62,000 nt of DNA from Chiloscyllium plagiosum (taxonomy: Eukaryota). The translations under genes and the position numbers were made by a program. Within the stretch, counting starts at the first letter, position 1. Every line of letters starts with the position of its first letter. The stretch spans positions 7,384,530 through 7,446,529 of the forward strand of contig NC_057750.1 of assembly GCF_004010195.1 (NCBI RefSeq), written 5' to 3'. The notes below the pieces were generated by a model. The model ran no database searches. It saw nothing but the letters and a program-made list of their open reading frames with translations, and was not told the DNA's origin. This document shows positions 27,940 to 40,754 of this stretch, one piece after another.

Positions 27940-28300
27940 TTAGATTAGATTAGATTACTTAGATTAGATTAGATTAGATTAGATTAGATTAGATTAGATT
28001 ACTTACAGTGTGGAAACAGGCCCTTCAGCCCTACAAGTCCACACCAACCCGCCGAAGCGCAACCCACCCATACCCCTACATTTACCCCTTTAACCTAACA
28101 CTACGGGCAATTTAGCATGGCCAATTAACCTGACCTGCACATCTTTGGACTGTGGGAGGAAACCGGAGAACCCGGAGGAAACCCACGCAGACACGGGGAG
28201 AATGTGCAAACTCCACACAGACAGTCGCCTGAGTCGGGAATTGAACCCGGGTCTCTGGCGCTGTGAGGCAGCTGTGCTAACCACTGTGCCACCGTGCCGC
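27940..28300 (-). mobile_element. Young full-length HE1-like SINE with (TCTAA)n tail
   Basis: Intact head GGCGGCACGGTGGCACAGTGG, CpGs retained, (ATTAG)n at 27940-28000. Near-identical copies at 35406-35723 and 48798-49084. Confidence 0.92.
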
Positions 28301-29232
28301 CCACTGCCACCGTGCCGCCCACGGTGGCAGTGGGCGTCAATGTGGGCTTAGAAACCTAAAATCCCCACAGTGCAGATGGAGGCCATTGGCCAATTGTGTC
28401 TGCACTGACCCTCTGGAGAGCATCCCAGCCAAACCCATCCCCGGGGGAAGGTGGTCAGAACTGGTTCTCATGAAAAGTCATCAGACCCGAAACATTAAAT
28501 GTCCGTACTTCCCATAGATCCTGCCAGACATACTGAGTTTCGCCAGCAATTTCTGTTTTTGTTTCAGATTCTTTGAGGCCCTGACAGGGTGGATATGGAA
28601 AGGCTGGTTCCCCATGTGGGACAGCCTTGGATCAGAGGGCATAATCTCAGAATTAAGTGGTTGCAGATTTAAGGCAGAATGCTTTTCTCTCAGAGGATGG
28701 CACGGATGTGGAATTCTATCCCACGGAGGGCTGCAGAAGCTGGGTCATAAACCACACGCAAGGCTGAGATAGACAGATCGTTGCATTTTAAAGGAATTGA
28801 TGGGTATGGGGGAAAAGGCAGCAAAGAATCGAGTTGATGATTATCAGTTCAGACACGATCTCACTGAGCAGACTCGATGGCCTGAACGGCCTATTTTGCT
28901 GCTGCTGCGTCTTATGTTGTTATACACCAACACTGCTTCCCCTCTCTATCAGATCATTGCTGGGCAGTAATCAAATGCAAAGGGGTCCATAAAATCTCCA
29001 CTTCTACTGTTCAAAGTGCCCGGTCTGCCTCAAATCACCCTGGAAAGGTTAAGCATGGCAACAGATTGGAACGCCAACTGGAGTGAGCTGTTCAGTGCGG
29101 CTACTGTACAGTGAGCGCATTTCGGAATGTTGTGATGCAGGAACATAATAAATACAGAGTCATGGGATTGACTTAGTAATTTGGATCAGAAATTGGCTAG
29201 TTGAAAGAAGACAGAGGGACCTGTACTGTGCT

Positions 29233-29452
29233 AGGAGAAAGTGAGGACTGCAGATGCTGGAGATCAGAGTCGAGAGTGTAGTGCAGGAAAAGCACAGCAG
29301 GTCAGGCAGCATCCGAGGAGCAGGAGAATCGACATTTTGGGCTTAAGCCCTTCGTCAGGATTCCTGACGAAGGGCTTATACCCGAAAAGTCGATTCTCCT
29401 GCTCCTCGGATGCTGCCTGACCTGCTGTGCTTTTCCAGCACTACACTCTCGG
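29233..29452. mobile_element. Fold-back (inverted) PLE terminal-repeat pair
   Basis: Arms 29271-29360 and 29362-29451; TSD cctgkactgtgct at 29220-29232 and 29453-29465. Confidence 0.88.
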
Positions 29453-29737
29453 CCTGGACTGTGCTGTTATGTTCTATGTGGCTGGTACAATTACAATATT
29501 TAAAAGGCATCTGGATGGGTACATGGATAGGAAGGGTTTAGAGGGATATGGGCCAAACGCTGGCAAATGGGACTAGATTAATTTAGAATCTCTGGTCGGC
29601 ATGGATGAGTTGGACCGAAGCGTCTGTTTCCGTGCTGTACATCTCTATAACTCTATGTTGGAATCTTGCACAGCAGTTTGATTATGACTGAGGCATCTTT
29701 GAAGTGACATTTGTCGGGGGAATCCCCAGACTCCAGG

Positions 29738-29947
29738 TCAAAATAACTCCTGGACGAGACGTTTTAATGGCGTGTCTGAATCATTGATGAGGCAGCTTTG
29801 CCTGAGGACGTCAGCCTTGATGTTGGATGCAGAGTGGAGGGGTTTGATCTCACAGCCTTCAGTCTCACACTGCAGCGCAGGCTGACTCCTGCATTCTCGC
29901 TCCAGGCTCCTGTTGCTATCTGGCCCCCTCCTGCATTCACCTCCTCC
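29738..29947 (-). CDS. Candidate terminal coding exon of the unidentified gene
   Basis: Acceptor ctcctttgtgtttcag; phase 0; ends ...SDTPLKRLVQELF-stop. Confidence 0.45.
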   Translation of the reverse strand, partial: GGGECRRGPDSNRSLERECRSQPALQCETEGCEIKPLHSASNIKADVLRQSCLINDSDTPLKRLVQELF

Positions 29948-30019
29948 CTGAAACACAAAGGAGTTAGTCATCGACTTCAGGAGGCAGAGTGCAGGACATA
30001 CCCCCGTGAGTATCATTGG

Positions 30020-30650
30020 TGCTGAGGTGGAGGTGATCTAGTTCCCAGGAGTAAAGATTCTCAACGATCTATCCTGGTCTACCCACGTCAACGCTACGGT
30101 CAAGAAAGCACACCAACGCCTCTACTTCCTCAGGAGGCTAAGGAAATTCAGCGTGTCCACCAGGACTCTTACCGGTTTTTACAGGTCTACCATAGAAAGC
30201 ATCCTATCTGGATGCATCGTGGTGTGATACGGCAACTGTTCTGCCCGGGACTGTAAGAAACTACAGAGAGATTTGAACACAACCCAGTCCATCACCAGCC
30301 TCCCATCCACTGACTCCATCTACATTTCCTTGGGAAGATAGCTAACATCATCAAAGACTGCTCCCACCCCAGTTAGATCCTCTTCCATCGGGCAGAAGAT
30401 ACAGAAGTTTGAAAACACCTACCAACAGATTCAGGAACAGCTTCTTCCCTGCCGTTATCAGACTGATGAACAACACCTCTCATATATTAAAGTTGATCTT
30501 TCTCTGCACCTTCTCTGTAGCTGTAACAGTACATCTGCATTTGGTTCTATCACCCTGATAGGCTTATGTAAGGTAGGATTTGTCTGGATAGCACGCAAAG
30601 CAATACTTTTCACTATATCTCGGGGCAGTAATGCATTGAATCAAATCAAA
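30020..30650 (+). mobile_element. Rex1/Babar-type LINE 3' fragment
   Basis: KKAHQRLYFLRRLRKF...TIESILSGCI...KKLQR peptide; second copy on minus at 47300-47960. Confidence 0.8.
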
Positions 30651-30774
30651 AGGACAAGTTGCAAGTGAGCGGGAGCGGGATGCAGGAACTTGCATCTGCC
30701 ATTTCACCCGATCACCGGGGAATACACCAACACAGTCCCCATAATTTATGAGAGAGTTCAGAAAAATATCTCAC

Positions 30775-30830
30775 ATCCGGCTGTGTGCGCGCAGAGTGCT
30801 CTAAACCAGTACTGCACCGAGCTAATAAAA
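30775..30830 (-). CDS. Candidate small exon of the unidentified gene
   Basis: Acceptor ccgtctccttgacag, donor GAT|gtgaga; phase 1 to 0; LLARCSTGLEHSARTQPD. Confidence 0.4.
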
Positions 30831-31954
30831 CTGTCAAGGAGACGGTGGGAGCTGGAATGCGATTAATTATTACAATATGTACCGAGTCTGCCACCTGCAA
30901 CACCAGTCCCTGCAAGTTCCCCTCCGAGCCACTCACCGTCCTGACTTGGAAATATATCGTCGTTCCTTCACTGTCGCTGGGTCAGAATCCTGGAATTTCC
31001 TCCCTAAGGATGTTGTGGGTCTACCCACAGCACACGGATTGCAGCGGTTCAAGAAGGCAGCTCAACCCCACCTTCTCAAGGGGCAAGAAGTGCTGGGTCC
31101 AACCAGAGATGCCTAAGTCCCACATAGTTTGGCAGCACGGTGGCTCAGTGGTTAGCACTTCAGCCTCGGGCGACTGTCTGTGTGGAGTTTGCACATTTTC
31201 ATATCTGCATGGGTTTCCTCTGGGTGCTCCGGTTTCTTCCCACAGTCCAAAGATGTGCAGGTTAGGTGACTTGGCCGTGCTAAATTGCCCGTAGTGTTAG
31301 GTGCATTAGTCAGAGGGAAATGAGTCTGGGTGGATTGCTCTTTGGAGGGTTGATGTGGATTTGCTGGGCCTGTTTCAACTGTAGGCAATCTAATATAATT
31401 TTTAAAATAAACCTATTTACAAAGACAAAAACAGAAATTGCTGGAGAAACTTGGGAGGTCTGGCAGCATCCATGGAGAGAGAAAGCAGAGTTAACTTTCT
31501 TGAGTCTAGAACTCAAGGAGGTTCACTGGACCTGAAACGTTAACTGTGCTTTCTCTCTCTTTCTCCAACGATGCTGCCAGATCTGCAGAGTTTCTCCAGC
31601 AATTTCTGTTTCAGTTTTTTGTTTCTGATTTCCGGCATCCACAGTTCTTTCAGTGTTCTATTTACAAAGACCCTGACATTCCCCCAGATTTGATCCAAAA
31701 CACTTTTATTTGCTACTGAGAGTTGGGCAACCTCCAACCTCGATTGGCTTTCCCTAATTGCCCCAGAGGGCAGTTAAGAGCCAATCACATTGCTGTGGGT
31801 CTGGAGTCCCATGTAGGCCAGACCAGGTAAGGATAGCAGTTTACTTCCATGAGTGAAGTAGATGGGACTTTTCTTTAATACAACAATTGATATTTTTATT
31901 CGATTGACATGTCCCCATCTTGCTGTGGTGGGATTTGAACCTACGTCCAGAGAA

Positions 31955-33037
31955 ATTGCATTTTGGTAAAACGAACAAGAACAGGACTGGGCAGAACAGA
32001 GAGACCTAGGTGTTTACGTACATAATTTTTTGAAATTTTCTTCACATGTAGATAGGGAGGTTAAGAAAGTGTTTAGCACGTTTGCCCTCATTGTTCAGAT
32101 CTTTGAGTATAGGAGCTGGGACGTCATGTTGAGATTGTACAGGACATTGGTGAGGCCTCTTACACAGAATATAGAACATTACAGCACAGTACAGGCCCTT
32201 TGGCCCTTGAAGTTGCACTGACCTGTGGAACTAATCTGAAGTCCATCTAAGCTACACTGTTCCATTATCATCCATATGTTTATCCAATGACCGTTTAAAT
32301 GCCTTTAAAGTTGGCGAGTCTCCTACTGTTGGCAGGCAGTGCGTTCCACGCAATACTCCAAGTGCGGCCGCACCAGAGTTTTGTACAGCTGCAACATGAC
32401 CCCGTGGCTCCGGAACTCAACCCCCCCCCCCCCCACCAATAAAAGGTAACACGCCATATGCCTTCTTAACAACCCTATCAAACTGGATGGCAACTTTCAG
32501 GGACCTATGCACGTGGACACCGAGATCTTCTAGAGTACTGTGTCCATTTCTGGTCACCCAGTTATAGGAAGGATATTATTAAACTGGAGAGGGTTCAGAA
32601 GAGATTTACCAGGATGTTGTTAGGAATGGAGGGTTTAAATTATAAGGAGAGGCTGGATAGGCTGGTGAGCTTTTTCACTGGTGAATAGGAGGGTGAGAGG
32701 TGACCTTATTAGATCATGAGGGGTATAGATAAGTTGAATGGCAGGTGTCTTTTCCCTAGGATAGGGGGTTTCAAGACTTGGGGGTGTACTTTTAAGGTGA
32801 AAGGAGAAAGATTTTTAAAAAGATGTGAGGGGCAATTCTTTTACACAGATAGTGGCTCGTGTGTGGAACAAATGTCCAGAGAATGTTGGTACAATTACAA
32901 CATTTAAAACACATTTGGAGAAGTACATGACTAGGAAAGGTTTGGAGGGATATGGGCCAAGTGCTGGGACTGGTTTAGTTTGGGATTATGGTCGGCATGG
33001 ACCGGTTGAGCCGATGGGTCTGTTTCTGTGCTGTGTG
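31955..33037 (+). mobile_element. CR1 fragment with a nested minus-strand CR1 piece (32165-32527)
   Basis: LYRTLVRPL is interrupted and resumes at LEYCVHFWSP (~32530). Confidence 0.85.
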
Positions 33038-33110
33038 ACTGGATGGCACTAGGCTGGGGGTATTAGATTGCCAGCCTAGAAGCCTAGAGATATTAGCAGA
33101 ACACCATTAC

Positions 33111-33392
33111 CAGCACATCCCCCCCTCGATGGTAAAGAGGGTTGGTGAGATGGAGAGGCCTGGCAGGAACTGTTTGGTTTAAGTTGAGTTGTCATTTCTG
33201 GATGGGTCTGTCCTCTCCGACAATTTGACTCCCCTTTCAATTCCCAGGAAGACAAGATTCTCACAGCGGGACAGTCGATCCTAGCGTGGGGGCGTGTGCA
33301 CTGTCATATCTGTTGCTTGAAGCAGGAGGTTTCACTGATGCCATTTGATGACGCCGCACAAAGTTGAATTTCTACCTCAGCGACACTGCCAG
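33111..33392 (-). CDS. Candidate exon with one in-frame TGA (33304-33306)
   Basis: Acceptor ctcaccctgttggtttctag, donor CTG|gtaatg; 282 nt, phase 1 to 1; open apart from a single TGA. Confidence 0.4.
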
Positions 33393-33949
33393 CTAGAAAC
33401 CAACAGGGTGAGATGTTCGAGCGAGCAGTCAGCTCTCTGGGTTGGTGGTGAAAAGAGGGGCCTACGCTTTGAGCTCAGCCTTAAAACTAGGGTGGGATTG
33501 AAGGAAATGCACCAACGCGTGTGATGAATTATCCACTTTATTCCTCTGGCCATATTCCCTACTTGATATTCAGTTGTGTAAGTGGGACTAAGAGTACTGC
33601 AAGTGGCAGACACAATATTATCCATCGAGCACTTCCCCCCCCATGGTTGAATATCTAACTTGGATGGCTATGGCTTTTTTTTTCAGAACTGACCATACCA
33701 AGCCAATGTAGTAAAGACCACAGTTAGACCCTCAGGGGGGCCCAGCAAACTGAGCGTTCAATGGGCTGTGAAGGGTAATCCATTAGAGAGAGCCCACTTA
33801 GAGACAGAGAGCCTTACTGCATTGAAACAGCCTGAAATACCTGCACAGACGCCAGTGTCCCATCACCTTTTATTTCCCATGTGCACAGTACATGGGCTCT
33901 AACCAGCCAGCTCAGAGCCAAGCCCGAGAGAGAGGAGACTTTCCTGTTT

Positions 33950-34416
33950 TTTATTTCTTTTTTTTAGGATGTTTGACACTCCTGTTTATTTTTCTTCTTT
34001 ATTTTGCTCTTCCTTTTCTTTCTTTTACTTTTTTTCTTATACCCCCACACTACTGCCTAACCGCGGTAGTGCTTATTTTTTTCCCCAGCCCCCATGTTGT
34101 GTGCGTGCAGGTGTGAGACACAGTGAGAGACACAAGGTGCACGAATCTTTATTCAGTTTCCACCACCAGGAAGATAGGAAACACCCGAGTGGCCAGTGAC
34201 AAGCAGTGCCCTTCACATCAAAGGGCAATGCTGTCTGATCAAACAGTGAAGGGGAGGGCAGGGGTTAAATCAAAATAGAGTTGGAGGGGGAAATAATACA
34301 CTCCACTCCCTGCGGAGCTCACCTCCCCCTGAACAACTCCAGGGTGTTGGTGGACACCGCGTGCTCCTTTTCCAGAGACACCCGGGCCTTAACGTAACCG
34401 CGGAAGAGGGGCAGGT
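33950..34416 (-). mobile_element. Tx1-clade (L1-like) LINE 3' end inserted in a solo-LTR-like element (~33835-34522)
   Basis: Minus-strand peptide LPLFRGYVKARVSLEKEHAVSTNTLELF; AATAAA and A-rich tail; flanking duplication gactYtcctgtt. Confidence 0.7.
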
Positions 34417-34521
34417 GACTCTCCTGTTCATCTCTGTTAGCCAGGGCTCCCTGATTGGCCCAGGTTAATAATCTCAGACAGGGACCTCACAGTCAATACC
34501 ATGCACCTGGTTCCAATCATC

Positions 34522-35040
34522 ACACAGACCCTTCGGCCAAACTTATCCATGCTGACCAGATATCCCAACCTAATCTAGCCCCATTTGCCAGCACTTGGCC
34601 CATATCCCTCCAAACCCTTCCTATTCATATACCCATCCAGATGCCTCTTAAATGTTGTCATTGTACCAGCCTCCACCACTTCCTCTGGCAGCTCATTCCA
34701 TACACGTATCACCCTCTGTGTGAAAAAGTTGCCCCTTAGTCTCTTTTATATCTTTCCCCTCTCACCCTAAACCTATGCCCTCTAGTTCTGGACTCCCCCA
34801 ACCCAGGGAAACGACCTTGTCTATTTACCCTATCCAAGCCCCTCATGATTTTATAAACCTCTATAAGGTCACCCCTCAGCCTCCAACACTCCAGGGAAAA
34901 CAGCCCCAGCCTGTTCAGCCTCTCCCTGTAGCTCAAACCCTTCAATCCCGGCAACATCCTTGTAAATCTTTTCTCCACCCTCTCAAGTTTATATCCTTCC
35001 TTTAGCAGGGAGACCAGAACTGAATGCAGTATTCCAAAAA
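34522..35040 (-). mobile_element. CR1/HER1 3' fragment
   Basis: KRFTRMLPGL...RGDLIEVYKIMRG. Confidence 0.9.
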
Positions 35041-36749
35041 CCTCATCTCAGACAAGCAAGAAATTGCATTTTGGTAGCGCCTACCTCAGGGTGTCACAAA
35101 GCCCTTTACAGCCAATGGGATGTCTTTCTATTTTAAATTGAGAGTCTGTGCTGGGTGTAGATCCCATCACGTTAGCAGAGGAGGGCAGTTTCTGCCTGGT
35201 GTTACCGAACCAATATTTACCCTTCGCTCAACATCGCCAAAAAAAAGTATTTTAAAATAATCAGGAAGGGTTGGAGAAATCAGCAAGTCTGGCAGGGTCT
35301 GCGATGAGGTGGGATTAGACTTAGCATCTGGACGCCAGTACAACATCTCCTCCGAAGAAGATAAGTTTTATTGGACTCGAAATGCTCTCTCTGTTTCTCT
35401 CTCTTGGGGCGGCACGGTGGCACAGTGGTTAGCACTGCTGCCTCACAGCGCCAGAGACCCGCGTTCAATTCCCACCTCAGGCGACTGTCTGTGTGGAGTT
35501 TGCATGTTCTCCCCGTGTCTGCGTGGGTTTCCTAAGGGTGCTCCGGTTTCCTCCCACAGTCCAAAGATGTGCAGGGTCAGGTGAATTGGCCATGCTAAAT
35601 TGCCCGTAGTGTTAGGTAAGGGGTAAATGTAGGGGTAGGTGTATGGGGGGGTTGCGCTTCGGTGGGTCGGTGTGGACTTGTTGGGCGAAGGGCCTGTTTC
35701 CACACTGTAAGTAATCTAATCTAAAAGACCTGCTGAATGTCTCCAGACCCTTCTGTCTTTTCTCAACTGTGTTGTTTCAGGGGTAAATATTTCTCTCTTT
35801 CTGTTTTCATTGCGGATTTTTTGGCAGCTGCGGTACTTTGCTTTCATTTGTGCATTTAAAAGAAAATGAAGTGGCCCCGATCTGTTTGTGGGATCTTGCT
35901 GTGCGCAGTTTGGTTGCCATGTTTCCAAGCACTGCAAGCGTGACTGCACATCTGGATTGTGGAATCCCAACAATGTGGGAGTAGGCCATTCAGCCCATCG
36001 ATTTCATACCGACCCTCAGAAGAGCATCCCACCCAGACCCGCAGCCCTACCCTATCCCTGAAACCCCATATTTCTCACGGCCAATCCACCCTAACCTGCA
36101 CATCCCTGGCTTCTGGGGTAATTTAGCACGGCCAATCCACCCTAACCTGCACATCCCTGGCTTCTGGGGTAATTTAGCATGGCCAATCCACCCTAACCTG
36201 CACATCCTTGGACACTATGGGGCAATTTAGTATGGCCAATTCACCCTAATCTGCACATCTTTGGACTGTGGGAGGAAACCGGAGCACCCGGAGGAAACCC
36301 ACGCAGACACGGGGAGAATGTGCAAACTCCACACAGACAGTCGCCCGAGGCTGGAATCGAACCCGGGTCCCTGGCGCTGTGAGGCAGCAGTACCCATCAC
36401 TGAGCCAAATCATTTTTATTTTCACTGAGTTCTGAGTGTTAAGAGTTAAAAAAAATTGCAGTGTATCATCCAAAGTCTGGAACTGACTCGATGTAACTGT
36501 TTTCCCAAAAAAAATCGATTTGTTCTACTTGACATTTTGTCCATCGCAACCAACGTTCTGTTTATGTACAGTCCCACAAATACGTCATAGGCATTTTTAA
36601 AAAGGCATTAAAAGTCCGTCATTTCATGGTTGTAGGGTTAAGAGCTTGGAAAGCAGTTTTATACCAAAAACTAACAACAACTGGTAATGTACCCAGCTGA
36701 CTGTGTGGCCGTATCTTTGGGCATTTCAGGTTTTGAGATAACTCCATAC

Positions 36750-36870
36750 CTTTGACGTGATAATTAACTTCTTCCTCCACATCTACCAAATACTGCCCGC
36801 AGTGGGTTCCCGTTCCTTCCAGGATTAGTCTGCAGTCTTCGAGTCTTGAGGATGAACTCCCAGGATTCTG
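36750..36870 (-). CDS. Candidate exon of an unidentified minus-strand gene
   Basis: Acceptor tgttgttttgcag, donor AAG|gtatgg. Only one frame is open (QNPGSSSSRLEDCRLILEGTGTHCGQYLVDVEEEVNYHVK); phase 0 to 1. Confidence 0.5.
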
Positions 36871-37034
36871 CTGCAAAACAACATCAAGCAGAAGAATCAT
36901 GACATTCCTCAAAATTACAATGTTTATGAGGAGAGAAAACAAGGCCATTCGGTCCAACTGATCTCTGCTTGCATATGTGCTCCCGACTAGTGTTAACTCA
37001 ACATATTCCTTTCTCCAACATACGCATCTATATT

Positions 37035-37692
37035 AGAGTCATACAGATGTACAGCATGAAAACAGATCCTTCAGTCCAATACCAACCAGATATCCTGAAT
37101 TAATCTACTCCCATTTGCCAGCACCCGGCCCATATCCCTCCAAACCCGTCCTATTCATATACCCATCCAGATGCCTTTCAAATGTTGTCATTGTACCAGC
37201 CTCCACCACTTCCTCTGGCAGCTCATTCCAAATACACACCACCCTCTGTGTGAAAACATTGCCTCTTGGGTCCCTTTTAAATCTTTCCCCTCTCACCCTA
37301 AACCAATGGCATCTAGTTTTCGACTAAGGGAAAAGACCTGGTCTATTCCCCCTATCCGTGCCCCTCATGATTTTATAATCCTCTATAAGGTCACCCCTCA
37401 GCCTCCGACGCTCCAGGGAAAACAGCCCCAGCCTATTCAACCTCTCCCTGTAGCTCAAACCCTCCAACTCTGGCAACCTCCTTGTAAATCTTTTCGGAAC
37501 CCTTTCAAGTTTCACAAGACCCTTCCTATAGCAAGGAGACCAGAATTTAACACAGTATTCCAAAAGTGGCCTAACTAATGTCCTGTACAACTGCAACATG
37601 ACCTCCCAACTCCTATACTCAACGCAGTGACCAATGAAGGAAAGCATACCAAACACCTTCATCACTATCCTGCGACTGCACTTTCAAGGAAC
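37035..37692 (-). mobile_element. CR1/HER1 3' fragment
   Basis: [19 protein letters not shown]. Confidence 0.9.
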
Positions 37693-39034
37693 TATCATGT
37701 TATTTCCCTCAGCTATTTTTCCTTGGAAATGAGTTTCACAGTGGACCCATGGGGATGCCCATACGTTCCACTCTCTGAGTCACCCTGACTTGGAAATATA
37801 TTGCTGTTCCTTCATGTCGCTGGGTCAAAATCCTGGAATTCTCTCTCTATCAGACTGTGGGTGTCCTTGCAGCATGTGGACTGCAGCGGTTCCAGAAGGC
37901 AGCTCACCCCCACCTTCTCAAGGGGCAATTGGGGGGATGGGCAATAAAGATACTGTAATGCACACCTTGTACCGACAAACAAAATTGTTACAAATCGTTA
38001 GCTGTATAACTTTCTGTTAAATTCTCCATTGGGTTAATTGCTGTCTGTGAAGATCTTGGGTCAGAAACAGTGCTATATTCAGTTAGGAACACTTACAATT
38101 AGCAAGCATGGCTGTTATTTACAGATTCGTTATTATCGCTTCCTGGCAGACTCCCTCTGTTGGTATATGTGTGTCTGGTAACCTCAGGTGGACAAAATAC
38201 ACAATGCATAGACATCCAGATGGTTATTTTGGCAAGATCAGGGTGTGCGTGGACCTACTGTGCAAATGTTTATGTTGCTAAATCTGTGCTGGAGTGCCTA
38301 TTCAGTACAAGATTAGAGTGTTGCTGGAAAAGCACAGCAGGTCAGGCAGCATCCGAGGAGCATGAAAATTGACGGTTCGGGCAGGAGCCCTTCATCGGTC
38401 TTTAGTACAGCCGTGGCTTATTCCTAAATCTCCAATTTAAAAGGCCATCTGCAAAAAGTGGACTCAAAGCTTGAAAACTTTCATTCCTGAAAGCAACGCT
38501 TCTTATTTTTAGCACCTTTGTGAAGTTCTTACACAAATGATTACATAATCAAGTGCAGGCATTTAAAACTAGGAAAGCCTGAGCTGTTAAATATTTTCTA
38601 ACACTTAGGAGCAGACTTCCTCTGCTGGTACATGTGTGTTCAGCAGCCTCAAAAGGACAATGTACCAAATGCTATTCCCAGTCCCGACACCACACAGACT
38701 GTAGCTGGTTCACTCCCAGCTCCTCAAGGGCAGAAGAACCACATTTCAAAAGAGGAGAATTTAATATTTGCTTCCTTAGACATTTCGCCCCCCTGCATCT
38801 GACCTAATGCTTGCAAGATGAAAAGCTACAGAAACATATCTCTTTCTGAGCAACAGCCTCTATTTTCCTAATTTATTGCTGGACGTTTTATCTCTTTATT
38901 CTTCAAATTTTTTCCCCAAAGAATTTGTACTTCAGACTCTGTACCTGTAAGTGCCGAACTGTAAACTTTTCACTGTACCCGTGGGAGCACATGTAACAAT
39001 AAAGCTAATTCAAATTTGTCCCTGATATCTTTAG

Positions 39035-39242
39035 TGATATAACAAGGTGAGCCAGCTAGACCTCATCGAATAGGAGTTGCCTGATTGGGTCCAATCAGGG
39101 AGCCCTGGCTGACATAAATGGTTGAGAGTCCGAGATACTGACAGCTGGCTCTGTAGAAAGGAGTGCTATAGCTGAGGACTCTCCACGTGTAAATAAAGGG
39201 TGACTTGGTGACAGCATACCAGCCTCTGTAGAGGTTTTAACA
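39035..39242 (+). mobile_element. Short solo-LTR-like element
   Basis: TG...CA ends, internal AATAAA, ccaatcagggagccctggctga shared with the inverted element at ~33835-34522. Confidence 0.5.
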
Positions 39243-39427
39243 TGAAGATCATTGCAAACTAAAATTGCATCAAACCACTGGTTGTCAGGTAAAGAGGGTG
39301 ATCTTCATATATCATGAATTCCTCAAAGAGTCAGCTGGTCAGATGCCGGTGTCATCTCCTGCAGGATCAATTCACCACAGCTCACACCTAACTCCACCTT
39401 CCCCATCGCCCTGCAATTGTCTCTGTT

Positions 39428-39592
39428 GGCAGCACGGGCTCGAGTAAAGCTCCCTCTACACTGTTCCCATCAAACACTCCCAGGACAGGGACAGCACAGG
39501 GTTAAATACAGAGTAAAGCTCCCTCTACACTGTTCCCCACCAAACACATTCAGGACAGGGACAGCACGGGGTTAGAGACGGAGTAAAGCTTC
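39428..39592 (-). repeat. Short array (~2.4 units) of the 69 bp minisatellite, inverted relative to 41372-42385
   Basis: Reverse complement of the same unit. Confidence 0.85.
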
Positions 39593-40194
39593 ATTTGAAA
39601 AAGAGTCACACCAAACCCAAAACGTTAACACTGTTTCTCTATCCATGGAGATGCTGCCAGACCTGCTGGGATTGTGTGTCTGTTCCAGGAAGTATGTAAA
39701 ACTGACTTCAGAGTTCCCAAATGTAAAAGGATGACTGTGTAAATAAACAACTTGATTTCTAATTGACCTTTAGATCTACCTAAAAACAATTAGCCTTTTG
39801 CTGACCCAGAAACACATAACAATTAATCCATGTAAGCTCAAAACTCTTTGCAGCCAAAAATCTGTTTTGGTGAACTGTAATGTACTTTATACATGGTCTG
39901 CTATTCACAAACATATATGTAGGGGCGTGGATAGGGTAAATAGTCAACAGCTGTTTCCCTCGGGTGGGGGAATCCAGAACTAGAGGGCATAGGTTTAGGG
40001 TGAGAGGGGAAAGATATAAAAGGGACCTAAGGGGCAACTTTTTCACACAGAGGATGGTGCGTGTATGGAATGAGCTGCCAGAGGAAGGGGCGCTGGGAAT
40101 ACGATAGGTGGAAGGAGGTGAGGGAGATAGGCTGGAGAGGGGGGGGGGGCGGAGAGGTTGGAAAGAAGATTGCAGGTCAAGAGGGCGGTGCTGA

Positions 40195-40754
40195 NNNNNN
40201 NNNNNNNNNNNNNNNNNNNNNNNNNNNNNNNNNNNNNNNNNNNNNNNNNNNNNNNNNNNNNNNNNNNNNNNNNNNNNNNNNNNNNNNNNNNNNNNNNNNN
40301 NNNNNNNNNNNNNNNNNNNNNNNNNNNNNNNNNNNNNNNNNNNNNNNNNNNNNNNNNNNNNNNNNNNNNNNNNNNNNNNNNNNNNNNNNNNNNNNNNNNN
40401 NNNNNNNNNNNNNNNNNNNNNNNNNNNNNNNNNNNNNNNNNNNNNNNNNNNNNNNNNNNNNNNNNNNNNNNNNNNNNNNNNNNNNNNNNNNNNNNNNNNN
40501 NNNNNNNNNNNNNNNNNNNNNNNNNNNNNNNNNNNNNNNNNNNNNNNNNNNNNNNNNNNNNNNNNNNNNNNNNNNNNNNNNNNNNNNNNNNNNNNNNNNN
40601 NNNNNNNNNNNNNNNNNNNNNNNNNNNNNNNNNNNNNNNNNNNNNNNNNNNNNNNNNNNNNNNNNNNNNNNNNNNNNNNNNNNNNNNNNNNNNNNNNNNN
40701 NNNNNNNNNNNNNNNNNNNNNNNNNNNNNNNNNNNNNNNNNNNNNNNNNNNNNN
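40195..40754. other. Assembly gap (N run), preceded by PLE sequence
   Basis: 560 N. Confidence 1.

Noticed and set aside
27940..28000. Telomere-like (ATTAG)n run
   Set aside because: It is the expanded (TCTAA)n tail of the adjacent SINE, not TTAGGG.
35406..35480. tRNA-like sequences (also at other SINE heads)
   Set aside because: They run directly into SINE body and tail; not stand-alone tRNA genes.
38090..38190. Possible minus-strand exon ending at a gtaagt donor
   Set aside because: All three frames contain stops.
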